The notes beneath the pieces are model-generated. The model had not been told where the DNA came from. It was given only the letters and a program-made list of their open reading frames with translations, and ran no database searches. Below, piece after piece: positions 52,603 to 61,846 of a stretch of 64,000 bases of DNA. The stretch spans positions 1 through 64,000 of the IMG/VR virus record IMGVR_UViG_3300023171_000011; one strand, 5' to 3'. How positions within the stretch are numbered: position 1 is the stretch's first letter; the number at the start of each line of letters is the position of its first letter. The DNA is from a virus. Made by a program: the position numbers and the translations under genes.

Positions 52603-54213
52603 TTGGCCCTTTCACCTTACAATGACAATCTCCAAATAAATTCTCCGAAGCCTGTCGATAATCGATGGGGCCGCTTTGTAGTCGCTACTGGCGGTTGGCG
52701 ACCATACCTAGATATGTCAGAGTTTATGACTGTCCAGGCTTTTGGTGCTAGATATGAAACGATGGTAGTTTTTGTCCGAAGCACCACTAACGCTGATAGA
52801 TCAGATATTTTTATTTTAGATAAGAATAAAGACCCTTATTTGTTGGTGCCTGAAGTTGATCTATCAAACTATTACGATAAGGATGATATAAATGGATTCA
52901 ACGCTGACCTACTTACTTTGATAAACACAGCTCAGTCAAGTGCAAATTCAGCTTTAAGCCAAGTATTAGATGTTAATGAGGCCTTACAAGATTTAGATCA
53001 AAGCCTGGCTGTTGTGGCTAAGACAGGTAGTTACAATGACCTTTCAGATAAACCCACCATACCGCCTACAGCTCCCGTACAGAGTGTAAACGGAAGAGTT
53101 GGCGCAGTAACAGGGTTAGCAGAACAAAGTAGCTTAGATGCCACTAATACGGCTGTAAGTCAGAAAGCTAATACAAGTGGTCAGGCGTTTACAGGAAATA
53201 TATCAGCACCAAATCTTTCAGGAACAAACACAGGAGATCAAACAAAGTCTTCTTTAGGCTTAGGAAACGTTGACAACACATCTGACGCTGATAAGCCCAT
53301 AAGTACAGCCCAAAATACAGCATTAGGACTAAAAGCACCACTAGCATCTCCTAACTTTCAGGGTTCACCAACAGCGCCAACACCAGCAAGTGGAGATAAT
53401 AGTCAAAGGATAGCCACTACTGCATTTGTAATCGAAGCCACAAGTACGGACATTACGCCTGATGCATCCACTGTAGTAAAAGGTAAAGTAAAGTTAGCAG
53501 GAGATTTATCTGGTACAGCCGATTTACCCACAGTTCCAGGATTAGCGAACAAGTCCAACATTAACGGACAGGTATTCACAGGAAACATATCTGCTCCTAA
53601 TTTGAGTGGGGTGAATACCGGAGATCAGGACTTAAGTTCTTTAGCGACCAAACTTGAGCTTCAAACAGAAAGAGAGACTCGTTCCAACAGGGATGAGAAT
53701 TTAGACGATAAAATAGATTTAGAGATCACAAATCGTCAAGCAGACACCACTTACACTCAGAACCAAATCAACCTGAATGACAGTAAACTCACAAATCAAG
53801 TTATAACCGCATCCGGAAGCTTTACAGTCACTTTAACACAATTGATAGGTCAATACACCAAAACGTTTTTTAAAGACGGTGTAGCGTATAGAATTAGCGG
53901 AGTGGCTGATGAGGCAACAAGAAAGGTAAGTTTAGATACGATAACAGGAGTGGTCACTTCTTCTGTTCCTTTTTATGGAGAAACTGTTTGGGGAGAATAT
54001 CAGGGGATATCTGGTGGAGTAGCATTCAGTGACTCTCCAATAGTTCAAAATTATTCAGACATAGTTACTCATCCAACATGGGGTGGAAATAGGGTTATTA
54101 CCTATTACGTATTAACAGATAATCAGAATATGGGTGGTAAAAAAGGTGCATATAGATATGTTCCTACATTTACACCTACACCTGCACAATTAGCAATTAA
54201 CTTTAATGATTAA
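52603..54213 (+). CDS. tail fibre protein
   Basis: VAKTGSYNDL.DKP, VQSVNG, LGNVDNTSDADKP, APLASP.F.G.PTAPT, internal repeat FTGNISAPNLSG.NTGDQ. Confidence 0.85.
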   Translation: MALSPYNDNLQINSPKPVDNRWGRFVVATGGWRPYLDMSEFMTVQAFGARYETMVVFVRSTTNADRSDIFILDKNKDPYLLVPEVDLSNYYDKDDINGFNADLLTLINTAQSSANSALSQVLDVNEALQDLDQSLAVVAKTGSYNDLSDKPTIPPTAPVQSVNGRVGAVTGLAEQSSLDATNTAVSQKANTSGQAFTGNISAPNLSGTNTGDQTKSSLGLGNVDNTSDADKPISTAQNTALGLKAPLASPNFQGSPTAPTPASGDNSQRIATTAFVIEATSTDITPDASTVVKGKVKLAGDLSGTADLPTVPGLANKSNINGQVFTGNISAPNLSGVNTGDQDLSSLATKLELQTERETRSNRDENLDDKIDLEITNRQADTTYTQNQINLNDSKLTNQVITASGSFTVTLTQLIGQYTKTFFKDGVAYRISGVADEATRKVSLDTITGVVTSSVPFYGETVWGEYQGISGGVAFSDSPIVQNYSDIVTHPTWGGNRVITYYVLTDNQNMGGKKGAYRYVPTFTPTPAQLAINFND

Positions 54214-54216
54214 AAT

Positions 54217-55380
54217 ATGAGTTTTCCAGTAGACATAACAAAAACGGGTTTCACTGAAATCCAACTTTTAAAAGAATCAAATCCAGCGGCATTTGAACCT
54301 GCCACATATGATTTCGTTTATAATCCAGCCGGTACTCGTCCTACAATTACTAGGGGTACTATAATTTTTCAGTCGTTAAACGACCTAGGCACAGCAGGCG
54401 TTTCAAATCTAAGCCCATTTAAAACTTTATATAAAGGAAAAGTTATAGTTTCAGTTTCATCTGAGTGCATTATAACTGGTTTCTTTTCATCGTCATGGGG
54501 AGCTAATGCGGGTGCAACAACAGCTCAAAACGGGGGCTTATTTAAGTATTCTATGTTTTTAACAGCAGGTGAACATACTATCGATTTACCTGATTTTCTT
54601 TACGAAAGAGCTGCTTATCAATGGCAATTTACAGCAACAGTTGATGGTGTAGCGCCTATCTGTACTTTTAGAATCATAGGTGCCAATATTACTTCTGATT
54701 TTGATTTTGATGCCACCACTAATGTACTTTTGATGACCGACAGTACCGGTTGGTATGCAATGGGTACTGACCCTGATGGAAATCCATATACTAGTTGGTG
54801 GTTATGGGAGAGAGCTTTAAAGCGATTGTTAGAAAACAACGGAGTTAAAGCTAGAATGATAAATAAGGGCTTAGGTGGCACAAATACAAATTCATTATTA
54901 AGAAATATTCGTACAGGTTATTATGACACTAATAATGTTGATTGCATAATTGTTTCTTATGGGATGAATGATGCTGATACTGCTCAAGGGGCTATTCCGT
55001 TAGCTACTTTTACATCTAATCTTTTAGATGTAATAAGATATCGCAATTACAGATATAGGGGCGCCTCTTTAGTGTTTTTAGCTCCCTCTGTTTCTGATAC
55101 TCCAGGAAGAGTTTCAACACTTCAAAGTTATAGAGATGCGATTCAAGCTGTAGCAAATGATGCAACACTTGGCGGTACGAGTAGAAGAGTTTATTTTTAT
55201 GACCAATCTCAAGCCTTTTCATTAAGTGCTACCCCAACTACAGATATTAATTTTGCTAATACAGAAAGGTCAGCAGGCAATAGATTACATCCATCAGGTA
55301 GCGCAAGGACTAACCTTATTGCACCACAATTATTTTCAATTATTCAAACCACAAACTTCTACCAGACTAAAACTCCATAA
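54217..55380 (+). CDS. tail-associated SGNH/GDSL esterase
   Basis: TDS (block I), NKGLGG (II), YGMND (III), RLHP (V). Confidence 0.75.
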   Translation: MSFPVDITKTGFTEIQLLKESNPAAFEPATYDFVYNPAGTRPTITRGTIIFQSLNDLGTAGVSNLSPFKTLYKGKVIVSVSSECIITGFFSSSWGANAGATTAQNGGLFKYSMFLTAGEHTIDLPDFLYERAAYQWQFTATVDGVAPICTFRIIGANITSDFDFDATTNVLLMTDSTGWYAMGTDPDGNPYTSWWLWERALKRLLENNGVKARMINKGLGGTNTNSLLRNIRTGYYDTNNVDCIIVSYGMNDADTAQGAIPLATFTSNLLDVIRYRNYRYRGASLVFLAPSVSDTPGRVSTLQSYRDAIQAVANDATLGGTSRRVYFYDQSQAFSLSATPTTDINFANTERSAGNRLHPSGSARTNLIAPQLFSIIQTTNFYQTKTP

Positions 55381-55382
55381 TT

Positions 55383-55577
55383 ATGAAAAAATACAATGTA
55401 CAAGAGTTAAATCATGAAACTCTATTGGAATTAAAAAATGGCGATACTATTTTTAATAATGAAACAAAAGGGGGGCGTATTTCTGAACACATACAAGAGA
55501 GCGTTGATTTTGGAACTTGGGGTATTAGGCATGTTTTTATTTTGAATAATAATAAAAAAATAATAGTAGAAAGATGA
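55383..55577 (+). CDS. hypothetical protein
   Basis: Coupled on both sides. Confidence 0.5.
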   Translation: MKKYNVQELNHETLLELKNGDTIFNNETKGGRISEHIQESVDFGTWGIRHVFILNNNKKIIVER

Positions 55578-56620
55578 AAAATAAAACACTCATATTCCTT
55601 TTACTCTTTTCAATAGGAGTTCAAGCACAGACGCCTAATAATACGCCTACAGATTTTGTTAACGGCATAAGAGTTCCTCGTAAAGACGTTCCGGCTGCTG
55701 TACAGAATACTTCTGGTAATCTTGACTATTTCCCTACTACAAATAAGTTAGGGGTTCACAACGGTACAGCATACCAATTAATCGCAACTGAGCCTTGGGT
55801 TCTTGGTAACTACGCACCTTTGTCGAGAACATTAACTATAAATGGGGTTACATTTGATTTAAGTGCAAACAGAACTTGGACAATTGCTACAGGAGTCACT
55901 TCCTTTGGAAAGGTTGATGGCTATGGTATTACCTCTAGTGTTGCGAACCCAACGACGACTCCTGTTCATACGGTTGCTGTGGATACTACCCAAGTAAGAT
56001 CAGTGTTAAACAGCTATACAAAAGCCCAAGTAGATGCAAAAACAGTGGGTGCATTTGTAGACCTTACAAGTGCTCAATCGGTATCGGGTAATAAATCATG
56101 GAACGGAACGAGTCTATTCACTAATCTTGTTAACATAAACACGAGTTCTTCATCATCAGTTGCTTTTTCTAGTAATAACGGAACAGGGACCTCAATGGAG
56201 TTTAGTAATACCTCTAATACGAATACGAGTCCTGTTGTTGTTCTTTCTCATTCTAATGCTTCCGCCCCTTTCTTAAGGTATTTCGGAGGCGCTAATAGTC
56301 TAAGCTTTAAGGCAGCTACAATAACAACTCCAAGGATACAGACTTTTCAAGATAAAGACGGTATAGTCGCTCTCACATCAGATTTTTACTCTTTTGAAAA
56401 CTACGCTGCTTCTGGTAATGGCTCATCTACGACTATATCTATTGCTCATGGAAAAACAGGTATATCGTCGGTAAGTGCATGTATTGTTCAAGCGAGAAAT
56501 GCTGCAAGTGCGGGCATAAGCTATGTCACTACGGATGCTACAAATGTGAATATTTTCTACACTGTTGCACCTGCATCAGGATTAACAAATCTATTATACT
56601 CTATACAATTAAGACCATAA
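55574..56620 (+). CDS. fibre-like protein with Sec signal peptide
   Basis: MKNKTLIFLLLFSIGVQA|Q; RTLTINGVTFDLSANRTWT fibre repeat. Confidence 0.7.
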   Translation: MKNKTLIFLLLFSIGVQAQTPNNTPTDFVNGIRVPRKDVPAAVQNTSGNLDYFPTTNKLGVHNGTAYQLIATEPWVLGNYAPLSRTLTINGVTFDLSANRTWTIATGVTSFGKVDGYGITSSVANPTTTPVHTVAVDTTQVRSVLNSYTKAQVDAKTVGAFVDLTSAQSVSGNKSWNGTSLFTNLVNINTSSSSSVAFSSNNGTGTSMEFSNTSNTNTSPVVVLSHSNASAPFLRYFGGANSLSFKAATITTPRIQTFQDKDGIVALTSDFYSFENYAASGNGSSTTISIAHGKTGISSVSACIVQARNAASAGISYVTTDATNVNIFYTVAPASGLTNLLYSIQLRP

Positions 56621-56624
56621 AATC

Positions 56625-57140
56625 ATGAAAAAATTACTCTTCTCATTTTTATTATTCTTCCCTATTCTAGTAAATGCTCAAGTAACAGATGTTGCAAGCA
56701 AATCATTTGGTACACTAACTGATCTAAGGGCTATGGGTGGCAGTTCTAATGTCCAGGTACTACTCCAAGGCTTGACTGCTGTTGGAGATGGGAATGGTGG
56801 TTTATATTACTGGAACTCGACAAGTACTGATGCTGATGATTCGTTCATTACTATTAAGGTTACAAATATTACAACGGGGCGTTGGAAAAGGGCAGCTAAC
56901 AGCAATACTATTAAGGGTACAATCACGTTCAGCGCATTGACACTTACCACAGCATACAACATAAATCATGGGTTACCTTTTACTCCATCACAAGTTTACA
57001 TACAAGCTAGGTCTCCAAACGCTGCTGTGCCAAGTTGGGTATCTACGATTGATGGTACTAAATTTACAGTCAACTTTGCAAGCGTTCCATTGTTGGGTAC
57101 TTTGAACTTAACTATAGATTATCTGATTATAAAATTATAA
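56625..57140 (+). CDS. tail-spike-like domain protein with signal peptide
   Basis: MKKLLFSFLLFFPILVNA|Q; GDGNGGLYYW....DD...GRWKR; HGLPFTP. Confidence 0.7.
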   Translation: MKKLLFSFLLFFPILVNAQVTDVASKSFGTLTDLRAMGGSSNVQVLLQGLTAVGDGNGGLYYWNSTSTDADDSFITIKVTNITTGRWKRAANSNTIKGTITFSALTLTTAYNINHGLPFTPSQVYIQARSPNAAVPSWVSTIDGTKFTVNFASVPLLGTLNLTIDYLIIKL

Positions 57141-57158
57141 AATACTCCGTCAGATTGT

Positions 57159-57196
57159 GGAGGTTCTATGGCTTAGGTTGTAGAACCTCTTTTTAT
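57159..57196 (+). terminator. terminator after fibre operon
   Basis: GGAGGTTCTA/TAGAACCTCT followed by T tract. Confidence 0.75.
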
Positions 57197-57241
57197 TTAT
57201 ATCTTTATTTCTATATTTGGTAAACTTTAAAACAAATAGCT

Positions 57242-57376
57242 ATGTGTGTCACTAATAACGACTGCCCCCAAGGATTTAATTGTAATTCAGAGTCAGGACA
57301 ATGTGTCCCAAAGCCAGTGATCAAAGATCCAATCAAACCAGAACCCGTATCGGTAGTTAAATCTGAGGAAGACTAG
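57242..57376 (+). CDS. 44-aa cysteine-rich peptide
   Basis: MCVTNNDCPQGFNCNSESGQCVPKP...; promoter TATATTTG at 57212; stop overlaps next GTG. Confidence 0.7.
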   Translation: MCVTNNDCPQGFNCNSESGQCVPKPVIKDPIKPEPVSVVKSEED

Positions 57377-57732
57377 TGAGGACTGCGGCTTGCTTTGCCT
57401 ATGTTCTATTGACAATCTTGTATTGCCTTTATACAGGGGATATGAGCTTGTTTATGTATGGAGTTGGGCAAATGACTATCCTAGTGTTTATTGTCGCTCT
57501 ATGCCTCTTTATATTAGTTCCTAAGCCAATGACAGAGATAGAGAGGTTATTCCTTCAATATTGTTGTTTAATGACTGCAGGAAGAGCTGTATACACGCTG
57601 TATTGCGTCTGGATGGAAAAGCCATGGATTGTATATAATACTGATTTGTTTGGAGGAATTACAGCGATCACATTTTCGGTATTCTTATTGTACTCGGCAT
57701 ATCAATTAACTTTCTCACAACCTAACAAATGA
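57376..57732 (+). CDS. 4-TM membrane protein
   Basis: Hydrophobic throughout; coupled. Confidence 0.7.
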   Translation: MRTAACFAYVLLTILYCLYTGDMSLFMYGVGQMTILVFIVALCLFILVPKPMTEIERLFLQYCCLMTAGRAVYTLYCVWMEKPWIVYNTDLFGGITAITFSVFLLYSAYQLTFSQPNK

Positions 57733-58136
57733 ACATCGTGGTGAAATTATGCTATTCTATTGCGAACTTCTTAATCCTTAATGCACTATTTACTTTTTCT
57801 GACGCAAAGGATATTAGATTTTATATTGGTTCAGGTTTGGCTGTTTTAATGGGTTTGTTGCTACGAATAGCGATAGAGTGGAACAATGATACCCTTACAT
57901 GGAAAAGATCGATTGTAGGGGCCCTATTTAGCTTGGGTTTATGCTATTTAAGTGTGCTTGTTTGGAGAGACTACACACCTCATGTAAAGTTAGAGTACTA
58001 TTTATTTTTTTGTTCTTTGTTTAGTGTATTCATAGTTGGTTTGCTTGAGAAGGTATTTAAAATGGGGTTGAGTGGTTACGCACGATTGTTGATACAAAGG
58101 GTTATTGCCGAGGACACAAAACCAAAGGAGGACTAA
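57729..58136 (+). CDS. multi-TM protein, holin-like
   Basis: 3-4 TMs, charged C-terminus, lysis region. Confidence 0.6.
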   Translation: MNIVVKLCYSIANFLILNALFTFSDAKDIRFYIGSGLAVLMGLLLRIAIEWNNDTLTWKRSIVGALFSLGLCYLSVLVWRDYTPHVKLEYYLFFCSLFSVFIVGLLEKVFKMGLSGYARLLIQRVIAEDTKPKED

Positions 58137-58137
58137 T

Positions 58138-58488
58138 ATGACACTTTTAATCTGGCTACATATAATTAATATTACGGTTATCATGCTATTGATATTGCAT
58201 TTGATGATTAGAATTAAAAGAATGAAGTACGGAATTTATTGGAGTTTTGCCAGGTTAGCGTTCCATAAAGACTACAGGGGTATCAGGTGGTTAAAATCAA
58301 ATCCTGTTTATTTTCTTTACATACTTTTGGTTTTAGTTCTGTTTTTTATCAACATCACACTTATAGGACAGCTTATGCGAAATTCAATATTCAATAGGCC
58401 AATATTTCTTTTAATGTTGAGCCCTTTGGCTTGGAGTATGGTTCTTGCTTACTTCCGGTACACTGATAAAAAAATGAAAGAAGCTTAA
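58138..58488 (+). CDS. 3-TM membrane protein
   Basis: Hydrophobic segments; start MTLLIW. Confidence 0.6.
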   Translation: MTLLIWLHIINITVIMLLILHLMIRIKRMKYGIYWSFARLAFHKDYRGIRWLKSNPVYFLYILLVLVLFFINITLIGQLMRNSIFNRPIFLLMLSPLAWSMVLAYFRYTDKKMKEA

Positions 58489-58517
58489 TATGGAACTATA
58501 ATTTGTACTTTTATGGT

Positions 58518-58859
58518 ATGAAAATAAAACTTACCGTAACCGAAGTAAAACACAAGACACTACTTGCATCCTTTAAAAAGAGCAAAAGGAAAGTAAAATC
58601 TCCACCCGTAAAGAGAGAATATAAAGATTATAATGCATTTCTAAAAAGCAATTACTGGAAATCTGTTCGCAAATTGGTATTAATTAGAGATGGGTTTAGG
58701 TGTAGGGTTTGCTCTTCTATAGATAAACTCCATATACACCACGACACCTATATTCACCACACTAGGGAGCATGAACACTTAGGTGATTTACGGACGCTAT
58801 GTGAGTCCTGTCATAACAAATGGCATACAGGGAAGAAAAGAAACAAAAAACATAAATAA
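58518..58859 (+). CDS. HNH endonuclease
   Basis: YW...R..VL.RD..RCRVC...LHIHH.TY...L.TLC..CH. Confidence 0.85.
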   Translation: MKIKLTVTEVKHKTLLASFKKSKRKVKSPPVKREYKDYNAFLKSNYWKSVRKLVLIRDGFRCRVCSSIDKLHIHHDTYIHHTREHEHLGDLRTLCESCHNKWHTGKKRNKKHK

Positions 58860-58860
58860 T

Positions 58861-59310
58861 ATGGCAACACTAGGGCAAGCATCCTTAAAGAAACTTCAAG
58901 GCGTACATCCTGATCTGGTAAAAGTAATTAAGGAGGCGATCAAGGAGACTCCCGTGGACTTTTCAATAGTTTACGGAGTACGGACCACACAAGAACAAAA
59001 AGACCTATATGCATTGGGCAGGACGAAAGTTAATCCTGATGGTAAGAGTACAAATAAACCTCTTGGAAATATAGTTACTCAAAAAAACGGAACAACCAAC
59101 AAAAGTAATCACCAGGTTAAAGCAGATGGATACGGCCACGCAATAGACTTTGTACCGTATATTAATGGAAAGATAGACTGGAATGCCACCAATGAATTTA
59201 AAGTGATTGTAGCGCATATAATGGCTACTGCGAAGTGTTTAAACGTTCCGGTAGTTGCTGGCCTCTATTGGAAGACATTTCAGGACGCACCACACATCGA
59301 ATTAGCTTAA
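58861..59310 (+). CDS. endolysin, M15-family L-Ala-D-Glu peptidase
   Basis: LQGVHPDLV...GVRT..EQ..LY..GRT...SNH...GHAID...DAPHIEL. Confidence 0.92.
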   Translation: MATLGQASLKKLQGVHPDLVKVIKEAIKETPVDFSIVYGVRTTQEQKDLYALGRTKVNPDGKSTNKPLGNIVTQKNGTTNKSNHQVKADGYGHAIDFVPYINGKIDWNATNEFKVIVAHIMATAKCLNVPVVAGLYWKTFQDAPHIELA

Positions 59311-59322
59311 AAAATATATACC

Positions 59323-59631
59323 ATGAACTTTAACAACGAAAACCTAACACCTCGTGCTATACTAGCGTACTTTTGGAGTGTTGTGACTGCTTTTCTTATT
59401 TATTACATTCTACGGAATTGGGGTGCAGAGAAAGAAATACTTACTCTCATTATTGGTTTGATTGGCGGTACTATACTTGGCGGCATATTTGGAGTTTACT
59501 TTGCAGGATCTCACAAGCTGCCACTCAATGATCAAAAGACAACGACAGAGGTAAGTCCTGATGGTTCCGCTACTGTTACGACTGAGCCGGTTACTTCACC
59601 AACTAAACCCACAGAAGATGCAAGTAAATAG
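59323..59631 (+). CDS. putative holin (2 TM)
   Basis: Two TMs, YFAGS, polar tail; follows endolysin. Confidence 0.6.
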   Translation: MNFNNENLTPRAILAYFWSVVTAFLIYYILRNWGAEKEILTLIIGLIGGTILGGIFGVYFAGSHKLPLNDQKTTTEVSPDGSATVTTEPVTSPTKPTEDASK

Positions 59632-60163
59632 AAACGTCTACATTGTTTGGATACTTTTATCTGGACTTGCTTTAGCTACGGCTTTTAGCTCTTGTGGGAC
59701 ACGAAAATCTAATCTTGCGACCACTTACTCCAAAGAGAAAGAAAAGTCCTCTACAGAGGCTAATATTGCGTCAAATGAAGAGTATAAAGGCGGAGAGGAC
59801 AGTAAGGAAACTAGTGAGCAACACAATGACGTGACCACTACGGAGTCGGTGAAGAAATATGGGCCTGACGGGAAGCTATTTGAAGACCGGACAACGACTA
59901 CAGTTGACAAGAGCAAGAAGTCAAGCACATCGAATAAAAAGACTTGGTGGAGTTACAAGATCAAAACCCGGCTAGATATCCGGACGACTACTTATGAACT
60001 TAAAATTGTGAAGACCAAGAGTAAATTAGTGGATGCAGATAAGACGGTGGCTAAAAACCTTGGATCAAAATGGATTCTCGCAGGGCTTTTATGTTTAGCT
60101 ATTATCTTGGCTTATGTGTATTGGAGTCGAAAGAATATTCGATCAGCGGATAGTAAGTTTTAA
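59618..60163 (+). CDS. putative unimolecular spanin
   Basis: Lipobox AFSS|C, Ser/Thr/Lys-rich middle, C-terminal TM WILAGLLCLAIILAYVYW. Confidence 0.65.
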   Translation: MQVNRNVYIVWILLSGLALATAFSSCGTRKSNLATTYSKEKEKSSTEANIASNEEYKGGEDSKETSEQHNDVTTTESVKKYGPDGKLFEDRTTTTVDKSKKSSTSNKKTWWSYKIKTRLDIRTTTYELKIVKTKSKLVDADKTVAKNLGSKWILAGLLCLAIILAYVYWSRKNIRSADSKF

Positions 60164-60166
60164 ATT

Positions 60167-60193
60167 AGGGAGGTTTTAGGCCTCCTTTTTTAT
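60167..60193 (+). terminator. terminator ending the late plus-strand block
   Basis: GGGAGG..CCTCC followed by T run. Confidence 0.7.
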
Positions 60194-60582
60194 TTTACAG
60201 AGTAACCAAGCTTTTTGAGTATTGATAAGCTTTTCTTGTCATTTGGTTTTACTTCTAGCTTAAGGATTAACTTTTTGTACAGATCGATTGTGGCTCTTTC
60301 CTTGTCTATCTGCTTTAACAAACATCTGATGGTATTTAAGGAGTCATTTATTGTGGTATCATTCACGGCTTTACCGTTTCTTTCAACAGTAATAGTCATA
60401 TATGCTTTATTAAACCGGTATTCTGTACCACGAGGCGTTTTAAGTGTATCTATCTTTTGGTATGTGTGTTTATGGGTTTCTGTCCATGATCCAATTATTT
60501 TAAAGTTAGAACTAACTTGTGTTTGACTTTGGGCTTTAGCGCATAATACTAGGATTACGCATATAAGAATTATCTTTTTCAT
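60190..60582 (-). CDS. secreted protein with signal peptide
   Basis: MKKIILICVILVLCAKA|Q. Confidence 0.6.
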   Translation of the reverse strand: MKKIILICVILVLCAKAQSQTQVSSNFKIIGSWTETHKHTYQKIDTLKTPRGTEYRFNKAYMTITVERNGKAVNDTTINDSLNTIRCLLKQIDKERATIDLYKKLILKLEVKPNDKKSLSILKKLGYSVK

Positions 60583-60761
60583 GATTTGAATAAATTATAA
60601 ATAGTGATTATAGCTATGGTCATCATCAATGAAATGAATACTAGCGTTTCGTGTCCTCTCATTAGATTTACCATATCCTCAAGGAAGTAAATAAACAACA
60701 GCATAAAAATTGGATAGGATACAATTATGCCTTTATCTACTATGTCTTTACTTAGCTTCAT
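60579..60761 (-). CDS. small 2-TM protein
   Basis: Hydrophobic; overlap with next gene. Confidence 0.5.
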   Translation of the reverse strand: MKLSKDIVDKGIIVSYPIFMLLFIYFLEDMVNLMRGHETLVFISLMMTIAIITIYNLFKS

Positions 60762-60908
60762 ATGGCTTTAAATTGGTGGTAATAATATTCTATATATGAA
60801 TTTGAGGACTTGCCTATATAATTCATACGCAAGTGAAATAGATATTTTATTGACATATTCCTACTTAGCGACTTTGCTCTTTTTATGTTATTAAATTTCA
60901 TAGTAATA

Positions 60909-61148
60909 TTACTTATTATCTAGTGTATTTAAATGAATAAATCTTAGGTTCGCTATCTCTGAGTCTTTCATTTTACTGTGGGTTATAGCAAAGTTATAAG
61001 CAGCGTTAGAGGTGGCTATAAGATCGCATATCTGTTGATACTTGTTCCTGTCGTTTTCATCACTGTTCATAACTGCATATTGAGCGATATCCTCTGGCTG
61101 TACAGTTAACGGGTTGTCCATCATTTCTTGATAATCCCTATGCTTCAT
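60909..61148 (-). CDS. hypothetical protein
   Basis: ORF track. Confidence 0.55.
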   Translation of the reverse strand: MKHRDYQEMMDNPLTVQPEDIAQYAVMNSDENDRNKYQQICDLIATSNAAYNFAITHSKMKDSEIANLRFIHLNTLDNK

Positions 61149-61249
61149 TTCATTTTTCTTTTAAAGAGCCCCCACTATGGAGAGCTCTCTGGTTTATAGC
61201 CTATTTCGCAGTAGTCTATGATGATTAACTTATTTGCCTACTACTTTTG

Positions 61250-61423
61250 TTACTTTGAGTTCTTAGCCTCCGTTACCTGGGTTCTGATCAACTGAGCTAG
61301 AACCTTTACTTCTTGAAGGGACTTACGAATCCGGGTTCCTGCAGCTTTGTTTCCTTCTGAAAACTTTAATACATCCGCTTGCATAGAAGCTACTTTGTCT
61401 TTTAATTCCGTGAATTTTTCCAT
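61250..61423 (-). CDS. histone H1-like nucleoid protein (Hc1 family, Bacteroidetes type), 57 aa
   Basis: MEKFTELKDKVASMQADVLKFSEGNKAAGTRIRKSLQEVKVLAQLIRTQVTEAKNSK; GNKAAGTR.RK signature; missed by ORF track. Confidence 0.85.
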   Translation of the reverse strand: MEKFTELKDKVASMQADVLKFSEGNKAAGTRIRKSLQEVKVLAQLIRTQVTEAKNSK

Positions 61424-61455
61424 TGTTTTTGATTTAATTGTTATGATTGAATTGA

Positions 61456-61845
61456 TTAATACTTGTTACCACCGTCTTTATCACGGTTTTCTTTTTTGTG
61501 ATCGGCCCTTTGTTGATTGTATTTTAGTTTTTCAATCAAGGCACCACCTAAATCGTAACCTTCTATGCCGGCCAAGTCACACACCCGTATGATTACATCA
61601 GCAAGCTCTACTTCGGCCATTGGCCTGTTGGGTAGGTGATCGTCCATAAGTCCCTTACGGTGTCCTTCTAGGGCTTCTGATGCTTCGCTATGGATAAGTG
61701 CTATCCTTGTCCCGAACTCTACAGGCTTATCGTGCCAACCTGAGTCTTTTGATAGACCTGAGCAGAGTCTTACTAGGGTATTTAACTGATCGGCCATATA
61801 GGTCCCTAATACTCTTAACTCTTGCTGATTGTTTGTTTCTTCCAT
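61456..61845 (-). CDS. MazG-like NTP pyrophosphohydrolase
   Basis: LIHSEASEALEG.RK...EVELADVIIRVCDLA...K..YN..R. Confidence 0.85.
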   Translation of the reverse strand: MEETNNQQELRVLGTYMADQLNTLVRLCSGLSKDSGWHDKPVEFGTRIALIHSEASEALEGHRKGLMDDHLPNRPMAEVELADVIIRVCDLAGIEGYDLGGALIEKLKYNQQRADHKKENRDKDGGNKY

Positions 61846-61846
61846 G

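Noticed and set aside
21503-59928. Many antisense or alternate-frame ORFs in the track inside virion genes
   Set aside because: Fully nested opposite long, motif-bearing genes; shadow ORFs from codon bias.
61160-61248. c-di-GMP-I riboswitch-like GGCAAA...GCGAAA on the minus strand
   Set aside because: The required P2/P3 stems cannot be formed; more likely a 3' UTR plus hairpin after the Hc1 gene.
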